NCBI GenBank assembly: GCA_017560225.1
Contig: JAFYOJ010000049.1
Span: forward strand, 1 to 45,546
Direction of reading: 5' to 3'
Origin: Clostridia bacterium
GTDB lineage: Bacteria; Bacillota; Clostridia; UBA1212; UBA1255
Length of the DNA: 45,546 bases
This document shows positions 25,729 through 35,479 of the stretch, one piece after another. The translations under genes and the position numbers were made by a program. Below the pieces are notes generated by a model. It was given only the letters and a program-made list of their open reading frames with translations. It did not search any database and was not told the DNA's origin. The stretch's first letter is position 1; each line of letters begins with the position of its first letter.

Positions 25729-26115
25729 ATGAATAAAAACCTGAAACAAATTATCCGATTCTGCGTGGTAGGCGGCACTGCTTTCTTAATTGAATTTGGC
25801 GTTTACTGGCTTTGTACCCATCTTTTCGGTATTAACTATTTAATTTCCAATATTATCGCATTTACGATCTCCGTTATTTACAACTATATTCTCAGCATTT
25901 TGTGGGTTTTTGACACAAAGAAGCAAAACAAACTGCTGGAAATGGCAATTTTTATCATTCTCAGCATTGTAGGACTTGGTTTAAACGAGCTGATTCTTTG
26001 GATCAGTGTTGACTTTATACACATCAACTATATGATTGCCAAAGTAGGCGCTACCGCCATTGTAATGGTTTATAATTTCATTTCCAGAAAGCTGATTTTT
26101 GAGAAACGTGTATAA
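25729..26115 (+). CDS. GtrA family membrane protein (polysaccharide/glycolipid synthesis accessory)
   Basis: 128 aa with four hydrophobic helices. The N-terminus QIIRFCVVGGTAFLIEFGVYWL and the C-terminal KLIFEK are typical of GtrA-like proteins. Confidence 0.7.
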   Translation: MNKNLKQIIRFCVVGGTAFLIEFGVYWLCTHLFGINYLISNIIAFTISVIYNYILSILWVFDTKKQNKLLEMAIFIILSIVGLGLNELILWISVDFIHINYMIAKVGATAIVMVYNFISRKLIFEKRV

Positions 26116-26128
26116 GAGACAGGCTCTC

Positions 26129-26157
26129 TTTACAACGTTTGGTCCTTTTGTTATAAT
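26129..26157 (+). promoter_or_regulatory. Predicted sigma-A promoter for the cysK-like/marR pair
   Basis: TTTACA (26129..26134), a 17-nt spacer, then TATAAT (26152..26157). Confidence 0.5.
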
Positions 26158-26189
26158 GACAAAAACCCATTAAGAAAGAGATTCTATCT

Positions 26190-27119
26190 ATGATTTGCAA
26201 TACAATTTTGGACGCCCTGGGCAATACACCTATCATTAAACTGAACCGGATGGTCGGCGAAGACAGCGCAGATATTCTGGTGAAATTTGAAGGCCTCAAC
26301 GTAGGCGGCTCTATCAAAACCAGAACCGCATACAATATGATTCTGCACGCAGAGCAGCAAGGTTTGCTGAACTCAGATTCCATTATTGTAGAACCCACGT
26401 CCGGCAACCAAGGCATTGGTCTTGCGTTGGTTGGCGCAGTCAAAGGATACCAAGTAAAGATTATTATGCCCGATTCCGTCAGCGAAGAAAGACGGAAATT
26501 GGTGAAGCAATATGGAGCCGAAGTGATTTTAGTCCACGACAACGGCAATATTGGTTTGTGCATCGAAGAATGTATTGGTTTAGCTCAGAAGATGCAGCAG
26601 GAAGACCCCCGTGTTTTTGTACCCCAGCAATTTGAGAATCCCGCCAACCCGGAAGTACAGCGAAACGTAACCGGCATGGAAATTCTGACCCAGGTAAACG
26701 GTCCCATTCACGGTTTCTGTTCCGGCATTGGTACCGGCGGTACCATTACCGGTATTGGCGAAACGCTGAAAGCAGCCAACCCGGATATGACCATTTGGGC
26801 GGTAGAGCCGGAGAATGCGGCCATTCTTTCCGGCGGCTCCATCGGCACCCATATTCAAATGGGGATCGGCGACGGACTGATTCCGCCGATTTTAAATCAA
26901 GAAATCTTCCAAGACGTTTGTATTATTAAAGATGAAGAAGCGATCCAAACTTCCAAAGATTTGGCTGCGAAAGAAGGGATTCTTTGCGGCATCAGTTCCG
27001 GCACCAACGTAGCTGCCGCACTGAAGCTGGCCAAGAAATTAGGTCCCGGACACACCGTGGTAACCGTCCTTCCCGATACGGCAGAGCGCTATTTCTCCAC
27101 ACCCCTTTTTGCGGAGTAA
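26190..27119 (+). CDS. PLP-dependent cysteine synthase family protein (CysK/CysM-like)
   Basis: 309 aa. Motifs are LGNTPIIKLNR, the PLP-Lys region GGSIKTRTAYNMI (canonical is SVKDR), TSGNQGIGLA and GIGTGGTITG. Confidence 0.8.
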   Translation: MICNTILDALGNTPIIKLNRMVGEDSADILVKFEGLNVGGSIKTRTAYNMILHAEQQGLLNSDSIIVEPTSGNQGIGLALVGAVKGYQVKIIMPDSVSEERRKLVKQYGAEVILVHDNGNIGLCIEECIGLAQKMQQEDPRVFVPQQFENPANPEVQRNVTGMEILTQVNGPIHGFCSGIGTGGTITGIGETLKAANPDMTIWAVEPENAAILSGGSIGTHIQMGIGDGLIPPILNQEIFQDVCIIKDEEAIQTSKDLAAKEGILCGISSGTNVAAALKLAKKLGPGHTVVTVLPDTAERYFSTPLFAE

Positions 27120-27131
27120 GAGGTGTTTTCC

Positions 27132-27593
27132 ATGGTAGACCGCTTTGAACGTTTTTCTTTTGCAATTTACGAATTATCCAGATATTGGCATAAGATTGCT
27201 TCCGATGAGATGGAAAAATACGGATTAAAGGGACCCTATGCCGTCTATTTTACCACCCTGTACAGAAGCCCCGAAGGCATTACCGCCGCCCGTCTTTGCG
27301 AAATTTCCGGGCGGGACAAGGCCGACGTTTCCCGTGCCATCGCGGCTATGGAACAAAAAGGGTTGGTGGTGAAAGAAGGCAGTCAATATCGGGCTTTATT
27401 GAAACTGTCCCCCGCCGGCATGCAAGCGGCGCACCAGATCAATGAGCGGGCGCGGGTGGCTGTCGAATTGGGCGGAAAAGGGCTGACGCCGGAAAATCGG
27501 GAAATTTTTTACACCGCCATGGAACAAATCGTGACCAATCTGCAGACACTCAGTGAAAATGGCCTCCCCGCAAGCGGAGAAGCCACTCAATAA
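27132..27593 (+). CDS. MarR family transcriptional regulator
   Basis: ORF 27123..27593. I prefer ATG 27132, with AAGAGGTG 7 nt upstream. It has a winged-HTH pattern (...ITAARLCEISGRDKADVSRAIAAMEQKGLV...). Confidence 0.75.
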   Translation: MVDRFERFSFAIYELSRYWHKIASDEMEKYGLKGPYAVYFTTLYRSPEGITAARLCEISGRDKADVSRAIAAMEQKGLVVKEGSQYRALLKLSPAGMQAAHQINERARVAVELGGKGLTPENREIFYTAMEQIVTNLQTLSENGLPASGEATQ

Positions 27594-27611
27594 ATCTTTA
27601 TACTTTTTTGT

Positions 27612-28448
27612 TTACGCAAGCCAGTTTTGAATCTTCTCAATGGTGCGGTCAATGGAAGGATCTCCCACGCAAGCACCTTGGTATTCAATGGCATAATAGC
27701 CGTCGTAACCGGATTTTCGCAGAAGGTCAATGCCTTCTTCAATGCGCAACGTACCGGTGCCGATTTCTGCTTCCTGCACCCAGTTTCCGTAAATTGTTTC
27801 CAAACAACCGGGGCCGATGTCTTCTTTAGCAACCGGTTTCAAATCTTTAATGTGGGCATGAACAATCTGTTCCGGGAATGCGCGGATGAAATCCACCACG
27901 CTTTCTTCCACCTGGGCAATATTGCCAAAATCTGCCACCGCACCTACGTTTCGGTCCACGGTGTCAATAAACCGCCGGAATCCGGCCACCCCATTAAACA
28001 CAAAGCCCTGATCTTCATAAATGGCGCGAACACCGAAGCTTTGGGCGCAGTCATACACCGCGCGGACACTTTCAATGCCTTGGGCAAACAAAGCTTCCTT
28101 CCGGGCAAGCACGCCTTGGGGGTTACCAAAGTCACAAGCGATGGTGTGGTGTAGAAAAGGCGAGCCTAAAATAGCTGCAACTTCCGCATACCGACACAAG
28201 CGATCTACGTTCTCCTTAGCGGTCTCCCCTGCCACGTCACAAAACAACGAGAAACAGGGGATTTTGATTCCTCTTTCATCGGCATATTGGCGAATTTCTT
28301 TCGCCGCTGCCACATCCGGCTCTGCAAATTCAAAATTACAGAAACCCTCTACCGCATCTAAGCCTTTGGCTACGGCTAAATCAATAATTTCTTTATAAGA
28401 CGTCATCCCCGGATAAGGCGGGGTATAGAAACAAATCTTTCCGCTCAT
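27612..28448 (-). CDS. Sugar phosphate isomerase/epimerase (xylose-isomerase-like TIM barrel)
   Basis: 278 aa with the typical pattern GLDAVE..., AHIKD..., GTG... It overlaps the stop of the upstream oxidoreductase gene by 4 nt. Confidence 0.65.
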   Translation of the reverse strand: MSGKICFYTPPYPGMTSYKEIIDLAVAKGLDAVEGFCNFEFAEPDVAAAKEIRQYADERGIKIPCFSLFCDVAGETAKENVDRLCRYAEVAAILGSPFLHHTIACDFGNPQGVLARKEALFAQGIESVRAVYDCAQSFGVRAIYEDQGFVFNGVAGFRRFIDTVDRNVGAVADFGNIAQVEESVVDFIRAFPEQIVHAHIKDLKPVAKEDIGPGCLETIYGNWVQEAEIGTGTLRIEEGIDLLRKSGYDGYYAIEYQGACVGDPSIDRTIEKIQNWLA

Positions 28449-29464
28449 TCACAATCACCAAAATCCAAAACTTGACCGTCGGCTTCTGCACTTTCAAACA
28501 ACTTCTCCAAAGTGTAAATGGTCTTGGCGGATTCTGTAGGCGGATTTCGGTCGTTATCCAAATGCGCCTCAAAAATCTTTGCCAAATACTCAATCTCACC
28601 CATAATACCATCACGGTCGGGAAGTTCTATACCGGTGGCAGTACCGTCGTTCTTGGTAAATATAACTTGGTCATTGGTATATGTCAATACGCCGTGTTCA
28701 AATTCCACTTGATAGTTGGCATTAAAGATGGTTTCCTCCCCCAACCAAGCGCTCTCAATATCCACCGTCAAATACGGATAGAAGAATCGGCTATGGGCAC
28801 GGTCATAGGGATAAATAATATCCTGTGTCTTACAAGAAACCTTCTCCGGATTGCCGAAAAGGCAACGAACCAAATCAATATCGTGAATATTGAGCTCTGC
28901 CAAACAGCTGCCGGCTTTGCCTGCACGGGTCTGCCATTGGTCTTTGCTCCATTTAGGAACCGGGCTGTAGCGGGTAAATTTCGCATTCAGCACTGTTCCG
29001 TACAAATTCTCTTTTACCGCCGTTTGCAAATATTCGTAGGCGGGCCAGAAACGAAGGCATTGTCCGATCATCAGGAACTTGCCCGTTTTCTTGGCGGTAT
29101 CCACCATCAATTTGCATTGGTCATAGCTCTCCGCCATGGGCTTCTCGCAAAATACGGAGTATCCGGCTTCCATAACGGCAACGGCAATGGGCGCATGGAA
29201 CTTCGTGGGTAAACAAATATCCACCAAATCCGGTTGCTCTTTCTCCACCATTTCACGCCAATCGGTATACTGACCGAAGGGCAGCTCGTTGGTAATCTCC
29301 CCCTTGCTGGGCAAATTGATTTTCGTAATGGTTCTGAATTTCTCTAAATCTGTATCGCAAGCGCCAACCAAGTGAATAGGAAGACCTCTCCGATTGCAAT
29401 CCCAATACGCATAACGATGGGCTTGTGCGATTCCACCAAATCCGATCATAGCAACTTTCAGCAT
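28445..29464 (-). CDS. Gfo/Idh/MocA family NAD(P)-dependent oxidoreductase
   Basis: ORF 28445..29554. I start it at MLKVAMIGFGGIAQAH (ATG 29464), with GGAGGG upstream. It contains the EKPMA motif (FCEKPMAES). Confidence 0.8.
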   Translation of the reverse strand: MLKVAMIGFGGIAQAHRYAYWDCNRRGLPIHLVGACDTDLEKFRTITKINLPSKGEITNELPFGQYTDWREMVEKEQPDLVDICLPTKFHAPIAVAVMEAGYSVFCEKPMAESYDQCKLMVDTAKKTGKFLMIGQCLRFWPAYEYLQTAVKENLYGTVLNAKFTRYSPVPKWSKDQWQTRAGKAGSCLAELNIHDIDLVRCLFGNPEKVSCKTQDIIYPYDRAHSRFFYPYLTVDIESAWLGEETIFNANYQVEFEHGVLTYTNDQVIFTKNDGTATGIELPDRDGIMGEIEYLAKIFEAHLDNDRNPPTESAKTIYTLEKLFESAEADGQVLDFGDCE

Positions 29465-29633
29465 ATTGATCCCTCCGAATGTTTTACTCTGGTTATAGAG
29501 TATCATTTGCAGGCGACCGGTTACAAGGGAATATTGTTCGCTGTTCTTGCACAATCGTTCACAAGAATAGATGGCATTTGACTATTTCACAAATTTATGG
29601 TAGGGTTTGGACAATGACGAAAGGGTGGGGAAA

Positions 29634-30554
29634 ATGAATCATTTGCCAACACGAAGGCCAAGCTTTCAGTTAAAGTCCATTGTGGACATTTCAAGAATTT
29701 TTACCGTTTTCTACTATGAATTCAGCGGCGATTACCAATTCGAGGGGGAATCCCACAATTTCTGGGAATTCGTGTACGTGGATAAAGGAGAATGTAAACT
29801 GTTCAACAGCGGCAGAACCTTCCATATGAAGACCGGTAACATTTATTTCCATAAGCCCAATACGTTTCACGCGCTGTACGGCATGCCGGAACAGAATTTC
29901 AACGTATTGATTATTTCATTCGCCTGCAAATCGGAGATTCTCAACGCCCTCCCGGATGAAATGATTCACGTATCCGGGGAACTGCGCAGCATACTTTCCA
30001 AAATCACAAGAGAATGCCGGAACGCATTTTACCTGCCCATCATTGACAAGGACATCCCCGTCATCCAAACCAAACGTTCCACCTTACTGGGTGCGCGGCA
30101 GTTAATTAAATTATATATGGAAGAATTATTGATTCTTTTGATGCGGGAAGAGCATTTGAAGAATACCAAGAATCCCACACTCTCTCTGCTTTCCGGACAA
30201 GAGGTGGGGCAAGAAAACTTGGTGGCTTCCATTCAAGAATATCTACTGGCAAACTTATGCAAGAAAATTACCATCGAAGATCTTTGCAGAGAGTTTCATT
30301 ATAGTAAAACGTATATTTGTACCAACATTAAGAAAGCCACCGGTTATTCCGTAGTAGAGTTTATCAACCGCGCCAAAACAGAGCGGGCGAAAGATCTAAT
30401 CCGGGAGAATCAACTGTCCCTCACACAAATTGCGGAAACGTTGGGATTCTCCGGACTGGAGTATTTTAGCAAAGTGTTCAAGCAGTATGCCGGCCTTTCC
30501 CCCAATGAATACAAAAAGAAGTTGAAAACATTACTGGGGTACAAGTTTCGGTAA
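29634..30554 (+). CDS. AraC family transcriptional regulator (N-terminal cupin-like sensor plus C-terminal HTH)
   Basis: ORF 29607..30554. I start it at MNHLPTRR, with a GGGTGGGG RBS. The C-terminal AraC HTH reads ...IAETLGFSGLEYFSKVFKQYAGLSPNEYKK. Confidence 0.8.
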   Translation: MNHLPTRRPSFQLKSIVDISRIFTVFYYEFSGDYQFEGESHNFWEFVYVDKGECKLFNSGRTFHMKTGNIYFHKPNTFHALYGMPEQNFNVLIISFACKSEILNALPDEMIHVSGELRSILSKITRECRNAFYLPIIDKDIPVIQTKRSTLLGARQLIKLYMEELLILLMREEHLKNTKNPTLSLLSGQEVGQENLVASIQEYLLANLCKKITIEDLCREFHYSKTYICTNIKKATGYSVVEFINRAKTERAKDLIRENQLSLTQIAETLGFSGLEYFSKVFKQYAGLSPNEYKKKLKTLLGYKFR

Positions 30555-30618
30555 TAGACAAAAAGAGAGAAAAATAGTATACTATCATTTATCCGAGAAG
30601 AATTGCAGGAGGTTTTTT

Positions 30619-32793
30619 ATGAACTACAAAAGACTGTTCGCATTATTATTTTTATGTGCTATCTGTGTAAGCAGCACATTGCTTACGCCCACAGCGTCCA
30701 GTGCTGCCACTGTTAAAGTCGGCACGGTAAAGCCGGACACATGGGTCGCCGTAGACGGTTTGGGACGTACCATTAGCGCTTACAGCGAAGTCGGTGGCAC
30801 CAAGAAGAACAAGACCGTAGGCGTGTTCTATTGGACTTGGCATGATTATTGGGGGACAAATTATCCCGCAAGAAACATTACGGAGATTATCAGCAAGAAT
30901 CCGGAAGCCAAGAACGATTTCAACCATGCAGCTTGGGGCGGCGAAGAATCCAAGCAGAAGCCGTATTTCTGGAACGAGCCCATTTACGGATACTATAAGA
31001 CCTCTGATAAATACGTATTGAGAAAGCAGGCAGAATTACTGGCCGACGCCGGTGTGGATGTTATTTTCTTCGACTGTTCCAATGGTACCAACAACTATCT
31101 TGCCCAGGCACTCCAGGTATTCAAAGCATTCGAAGAAGCAAAAGAAGAAGGCGTCGATGTACCCAAGATTTCGTTTGTACTCAGCTTGCACAACAACGAC
31201 GATTCCACCACACAGCTGAAAGAACTCTATACAGCTATTTATTCCAAAGGGAAATATAAGGATATGTGGTTCTATTGGGAAGGAAAGCCCATGTTGATGG
31301 CCCGCTACGCCCAATTGAAGTCTTCGGATCCGACCGAGAAAGCCATCAAAGAGTTCTTCACATTTCGAAGAAACGAACCTAAATACAGCGTTGCAGATAC
31401 CACGTATGCGGACAAAGCTTGGGGTTGGTGTTCCGTTTATCCTCAAACGAAGTATGGCGTTCGCAGCGATGGTTCCGTAGAACAAATGTGCGTCAGCACT
31501 GCTCAGAATGCAAGAATGAACGGCAGCAGTGTGCAGAGCCCTATTGCCATGAACGACGCAAAGGGCGGCGTATTCGGCCGCGGTTATGCACAAGGCAATT
31601 ATTCTTATAGTTATACGTATCAGAATAAAAAGGTTACCGTAAACAAGAACACCAAGGACGCATATACTTACGGTCTTAATTTCCAGCAACAATGGGATTA
31701 TGCCCTGCAGGTAAATCCGGATTTCATCTTTATAACAGGATGGAATGAGTACGTATGTCAGCGTTTAGAAACGTATGCCGGCACTTCCAATGGCTTCTCC
31801 GATAATTTTACGGATGAATTCAGCCGTGATATCGAGCCGTCTAAAGGCATTTTGAAAGATAATTTCTATTATCAATTAGTAAGCAACATTCGTAAGTTTA
31901 AAGGCGTCAGCAAACCGGAAACCGGCACAGATTCTACTAATGTAGCTAAGACCATTGATATTAACAGCACCACCGATCAATGGTCCGATGTATACCTGTC
32001 CTTTAACCACTATACCGGAAGTACGAAAAAACGGAGTACATACGGCTATTCCGGTTCTAAATACACCAGCAGTGCTGCCCGCAACGATATCGTTACCTCT
32101 AAAGTAGCTTACGATGCAGAATACATTTACTTTATGGTAGAAACTGCCGCCAACTTGACTTCTTCTTCGGATAAAGCTTGGATGCGTCTTTTGCTGGATA
32201 CCGATCCTTCCGGCGTCAGCAAGAACTGGGAAGGCTTTGAGTACATCCTCAATCGCGTTTCTCCCACAGGTTCCGAGGTGGTAATTGAGAAATCTACTGG
32301 CGGATGGAACTTCACCAAAGTAGGCACGGCTAAATTCACAGTCAAAGGCAACCGCTTACAAATCGCCGTTCCCAGAAGCGCATTGGGATTAACCGATTTA
32401 AACAAATTATCCTTTAACTTTAAGTGGGCAGATAACACCTTAGCAGATGGCGCAACTACAGACAGTGGCGATATTATGGACTACTATCTGTATGGTGACG
32501 TAGCACCGGGTGGACGTTTTATGTTCTCCTTCACCGGAACCGCTAAAGCCAAACCGGTAGGCGCTACCCACGTTCCTGCCACACCGGCACCCACACCGAC
32601 GCCGGACTTAGAAACAGAAGCTCCGGGCACAAGCATACTTCCGGAGGAAACACAAGATACGAACCCGGATGTGGATTTGGATGAAGATTCCGGAAATGGG
32701 CTTCCCGGATACGTTTGGGGAATTATTGCCGGCGGCGCTGCCCTTGTAATCGCCGCTGTAATCGTGATTGCAATTGTACTGAAGAAGAAATAA
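30619..32793 (+). CDS. Secreted, C-terminally membrane-tethered glycoside-hydrolase-like protein (family not assigned)
   Basis: 724 aa. It has a signal peptide (MNYKRLFALLFLCAICVSS...ASSAA), then a TIM-barrel-like region (GVFYWTWHDYWG, LLADAGVDVIFFDCSNG, ITGWNEY). A beta-sandwich-like C-domain follows. It ends in a Pro/Thr linker (PATPAPTPTPD), an acidic stretch, and a terminal TM helix plus KKK. Confidence 0.55.
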   Translation: MNYKRLFALLFLCAICVSSTLLTPTASSAATVKVGTVKPDTWVAVDGLGRTISAYSEVGGTKKNKTVGVFYWTWHDYWGTNYPARNITEIISKNPEAKNDFNHAAWGGEESKQKPYFWNEPIYGYYKTSDKYVLRKQAELLADAGVDVIFFDCSNGTNNYLAQALQVFKAFEEAKEEGVDVPKISFVLSLHNNDDSTTQLKELYTAIYSKGKYKDMWFYWEGKPMLMARYAQLKSSDPTEKAIKEFFTFRRNEPKYSVADTTYADKAWGWCSVYPQTKYGVRSDGSVEQMCVSTAQNARMNGSSVQSPIAMNDAKGGVFGRGYAQGNYSYSYTYQNKKVTVNKNTKDAYTYGLNFQQQWDYALQVNPDFIFITGWNEYVCQRLETYAGTSNGFSDNFTDEFSRDIEPSKGILKDNFYYQLVSNIRKFKGVSKPETGTDSTNVAKTIDINSTTDQWSDVYLSFNHYTGSTKKRSTYGYSGSKYTSSAARNDIVTSKVAYDAEYIYFMVETAANLTSSSDKAWMRLLLDTDPSGVSKNWEGFEYILNRVSPTGSEVVIEKSTGGWNFTKVGTAKFTVKGNRLQIAVPRSALGLTDLNKLSFNFKWADNTLADGATTDSGDIMDYYLYGDVAPGGRFMFSFTGTAKAKPVGATHVPATPAPTPTPDLETEAPGTSILPEETQDTNPDVDLDEDSGNGLPGYVWGIIAGGAALVIAAVIVIAIVLKKK

Positions 32794-32882
32794 AACCACC
32801 CAAATAGCAAAAGGAGTTGCTTCATCCGATGGTTGAGGCAACTCCTTTTTATTATAGCATTATAAACATTTGTATTCGTGTA

Positions 32883-34358
32883 TCACGCCAAGTGCGTTGT
32901 TATATCGCAGGCTTTTATTTCTTCCGCATCTTTCCGGTCTCGTACAAAGAAATAAATCAACGCAAGAATTAAAGATAAATAAACCGATGCATTGGGACGT
33001 CGCAAAACACCCGCCGTAAAGAACACGTGAAGCAGGCACAAAATCAATGCAATCCCAGAAGCACCCGCTTCTAATGTAAAATACTTCTTAGCATTCTTCC
33101 AAAGCGCCCAGACAATGAGACCGAAGAAATACAGAACAAAAAGGATATATAACCCTAAACCTGCAAATCCATAAAGAAAATAAATACCATGTAAGTCATT
33201 CTCTACATCATATATAATCCCATTTCTGGTAAAACGGGTATACTCCACGCCAAAAAGTCGGGCGCTTGTGGGAGAATTCTCCATAAGTTTATTGGCGAAC
33301 ATAATTTTCTTCCCACGCATATCGGAGAAACGGAATGTATCGGCAGTATAATTATACATACGCATGGTTTCTTCCAATCCAAAAATCTCTACAAAATCCT
33401 TGGCATAGGTCATATAAATGGAAGACAACGCCTGTTTGATCTTTTCCGGGTCTACTTCCTCAGCGTCCTCCAAAGAGGTGCCCAATTCATCCTTAATTTG
33501 TTGATCCACGCTTTCTTGACGTTCACTTTGTACTTTTTGATATTCTTGTTGGTGCGTATACATCACAGAAACCGGATATAGTGCCGCGAACACAAGGGAA
33601 ATGCCCAGGATCGCAACCCCATATCGCCAAAATTTTCTTTGAACCAGCATCACAACAACAAAGAAACCTATTGCAATGCCAAAAATAGCCAAATAGGCAA
33701 GACGCGTACCAAAAAGAAACAGCAGCAGGTTTCCTAAAAATGCAACACCGGCAAAAAACAAAGGTCTAATAAACTTTTTCTCCGCCCGCATACGCAGCGT
33801 CCATAAAAGCGCAAAAGGAATCACCATACTTAGAATGGCACTTTGCGAATTGGTATTGCTAAACCATCCCAGAATCCCTTTATCGCCGTACACATGGGGA
33901 TCCGTTGCCGTAAGAACACTCAAGAATTCCACCAGTGCAATAATACCCAATGCACCCAATGCGCCTTTCAAGATCCAAGCAAGTGTTTTCTTGTTTTGTT
34001 TCAAACACGTAGAGAACACCAGTACAAAAATCGGCATTTGAATCACGCGAATGTAATTTGCAAGATCACTAACAGGATCGGCAAAACCAACCTGCATACA
34101 AGACAGCACATGCCCCGCATACATCAATCCAACAACACCCACAAGGGTCAAATAAATCCATTTTCTATTTGCAATGGTAAATCCCCACAAGCTGGCAATG
34201 CCCAAAACGGCAATACGCAAAAAAAGCGTAATGACACCCGGCATCTCCAAACGAAGGACCCAAAAAGATATAACATCCAAAAGAGGTTGTATCATTAAAA
34301 GTAACGCCACAAAAATATGTGCATATTGAACGAAATATGACTTGCTTTTTTGAAGCAT
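32883..34358 (-). CDS. O-antigen ligase/polymerase-like (Wzy_C-type) polytopic membrane protein
   Basis: ORF 32883..34394. I start it at MLQKSKSYF (ATG 34358). It has at least 10 TM helices, a soluble loop of about 110 aa, and the pattern GWFSNTNSQSAILSMVIPF. Confidence 0.5.
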   Translation of the reverse strand: MLQKSKSYFVQYAHIFVALLLMIQPLLDVISFWVLRLEMPGVITLFLRIAVLGIASLWGFTIANRKWIYLTLVGVVGLMYAGHVLSCMQVGFADPVSDLANYIRVIQMPIFVLVFSTCLKQNKKTLAWILKGALGALGIIALVEFLSVLTATDPHVYGDKGILGWFSNTNSQSAILSMVIPFALLWTLRMRAEKKFIRPLFFAGVAFLGNLLLFLFGTRLAYLAIFGIAIGFFVVVMLVQRKFWRYGVAILGISLVFAALYPVSVMYTHQQEYQKVQSERQESVDQQIKDELGTSLEDAEEVDPEKIKQALSSIYMTYAKDFVEIFGLEETMRMYNYTADTFRFSDMRGKKIMFANKLMENSPTSARLFGVEYTRFTRNGIIYDVENDLHGIYFLYGFAGLGLYILFVLYFFGLIVWALWKNAKKYFTLEAGASGIALILCLLHVFFTAGVLRRPNASVYLSLILALIYFFVRDRKDAEEIKACDITTHLA

Positions 34359-34551
34359 AACGCTACCACACCACCTTCTGCAACCTACCAACATCCAAGC
34401 TACCTAAATAATATCTCTATGGCTCTTCCAAATTCCGAACCTCCCGTATTCTACCACAAAACGTACAGGAAAGAAAGTATCTTAAAAAACTGCCCGAACC
34501 ACGCATCACAACGTGTTCCGAGCAGTTTCTACATCACTATCGTCAAAAGGC

Positions 34552-35415
34552 TTATTCTACAGAACCTTCTCCATATACCTCAGTAATAATTTCTGTCAAG
34601 AACTTCTTACCGTCGATAATATCACGAATCTGTTCGTCGCCATCAATCTCACGCTCAATGGTAATGTGAGAATCGTAGCCCAAAGCTTTCAAACCGCGAA
34701 TCAATGCCGGGAAGTTAGCTTTGCCTTCGCCCAAACGAGTTTCTTCACCCAAGTTCATACCATTGGTGGGGAACTTACCGTCTTTCGCATGCAAGTTACG
34801 AACGTACTTACCGATTACGTCCAAAGCGTCTACCGGATTGCCCTTGCCATAAAGGATCAAGTTAGCGGTATCCAAGTTTACAGCCAAGTTATCGGTGCCT
34901 ACACGCTCAAAGCAACGAAGCATTGTAATGGGAGTTTCCTGACCGGATTCAAACAATAAGTACTGGCCGTTTGCCTTCAAATGCTCCGCAACGTGACGGA
35001 TTGCAATACAAAGACCGGGGAAATTCGGATCGGAAGGATTCTCCGGAATAAAGCCCATGTGGGTTGCAACGTCGGTTACACCCAACTTCTTTGCAAAGTC
35101 AGCACCGTCGCACAAGTTCTGTACACGCAGTCTTCTGTACTCCGGGGGAACCAAACCAAGTGCATAGGGACCATCGAAGAAGTTCCAAGCCATACGGCCG
35201 GGGCCTTCCCAACCACACCAGAAAGCAGAAATGGTTACGTCGTACTTTGCGCACAAGTCCTTAATCTTCTCTGCATTCTCATCGGTCCATACACAAGACT
35301 CCCAAGAACTGAGCTGGCAATACTTAATGCCCATCTCGTTTAATTTCTTAAATTTTTGTTCCAATTTCTCAATCGTGTTATCTACTTCAACAACGATTAA
35401 AACACCAATCTTCAT
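34552..35415 (-). CDS. Sugar phosphate isomerase/epimerase (xylose-isomerase-like TIM barrel)
   Basis: 287 aa with a TIM-barrel pattern (…THMGFIPE…, LLFESGQETP, NLDTANLILYG, HAKDG). Confidence 0.65.
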   Translation of the reverse strand: MKIGVLIVVEVDNTIEKLEQKFKKLNEMGIKYCQLSSWESCVWTDENAEKIKDLCAKYDVTISAFWCGWEGPGRMAWNFFDGPYALGLVPPEYRRLRVQNLCDGADFAKKLGVTDVATHMGFIPENPSDPNFPGLCIAIRHVAEHLKANGQYLLFESGQETPITMLRCFERVGTDNLAVNLDTANLILYGKGNPVDALDVIGKYVRNLHAKDGKFPTNGMNLGEETRLGEGKANFPALIRGLKALGYDSHITIEREIDGDEQIRDIIDGKKFLTEIITEVYGEGSVE

Positions 35416-35479
35416 ACGCGTTAACCTCCAAAGTTAATAATTGCATTTCATCCCTGTAATAATACCACAGGCATCATTA

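Noticed and set aside
25431-25778. 115-aa minus-strand ORF across the GGTCGYRAA motif array
   Set aside because: It has no RBS and no recognisable fold or motif. It runs through the repeat array and into the gtrA-like start, so it is probably non-coding.
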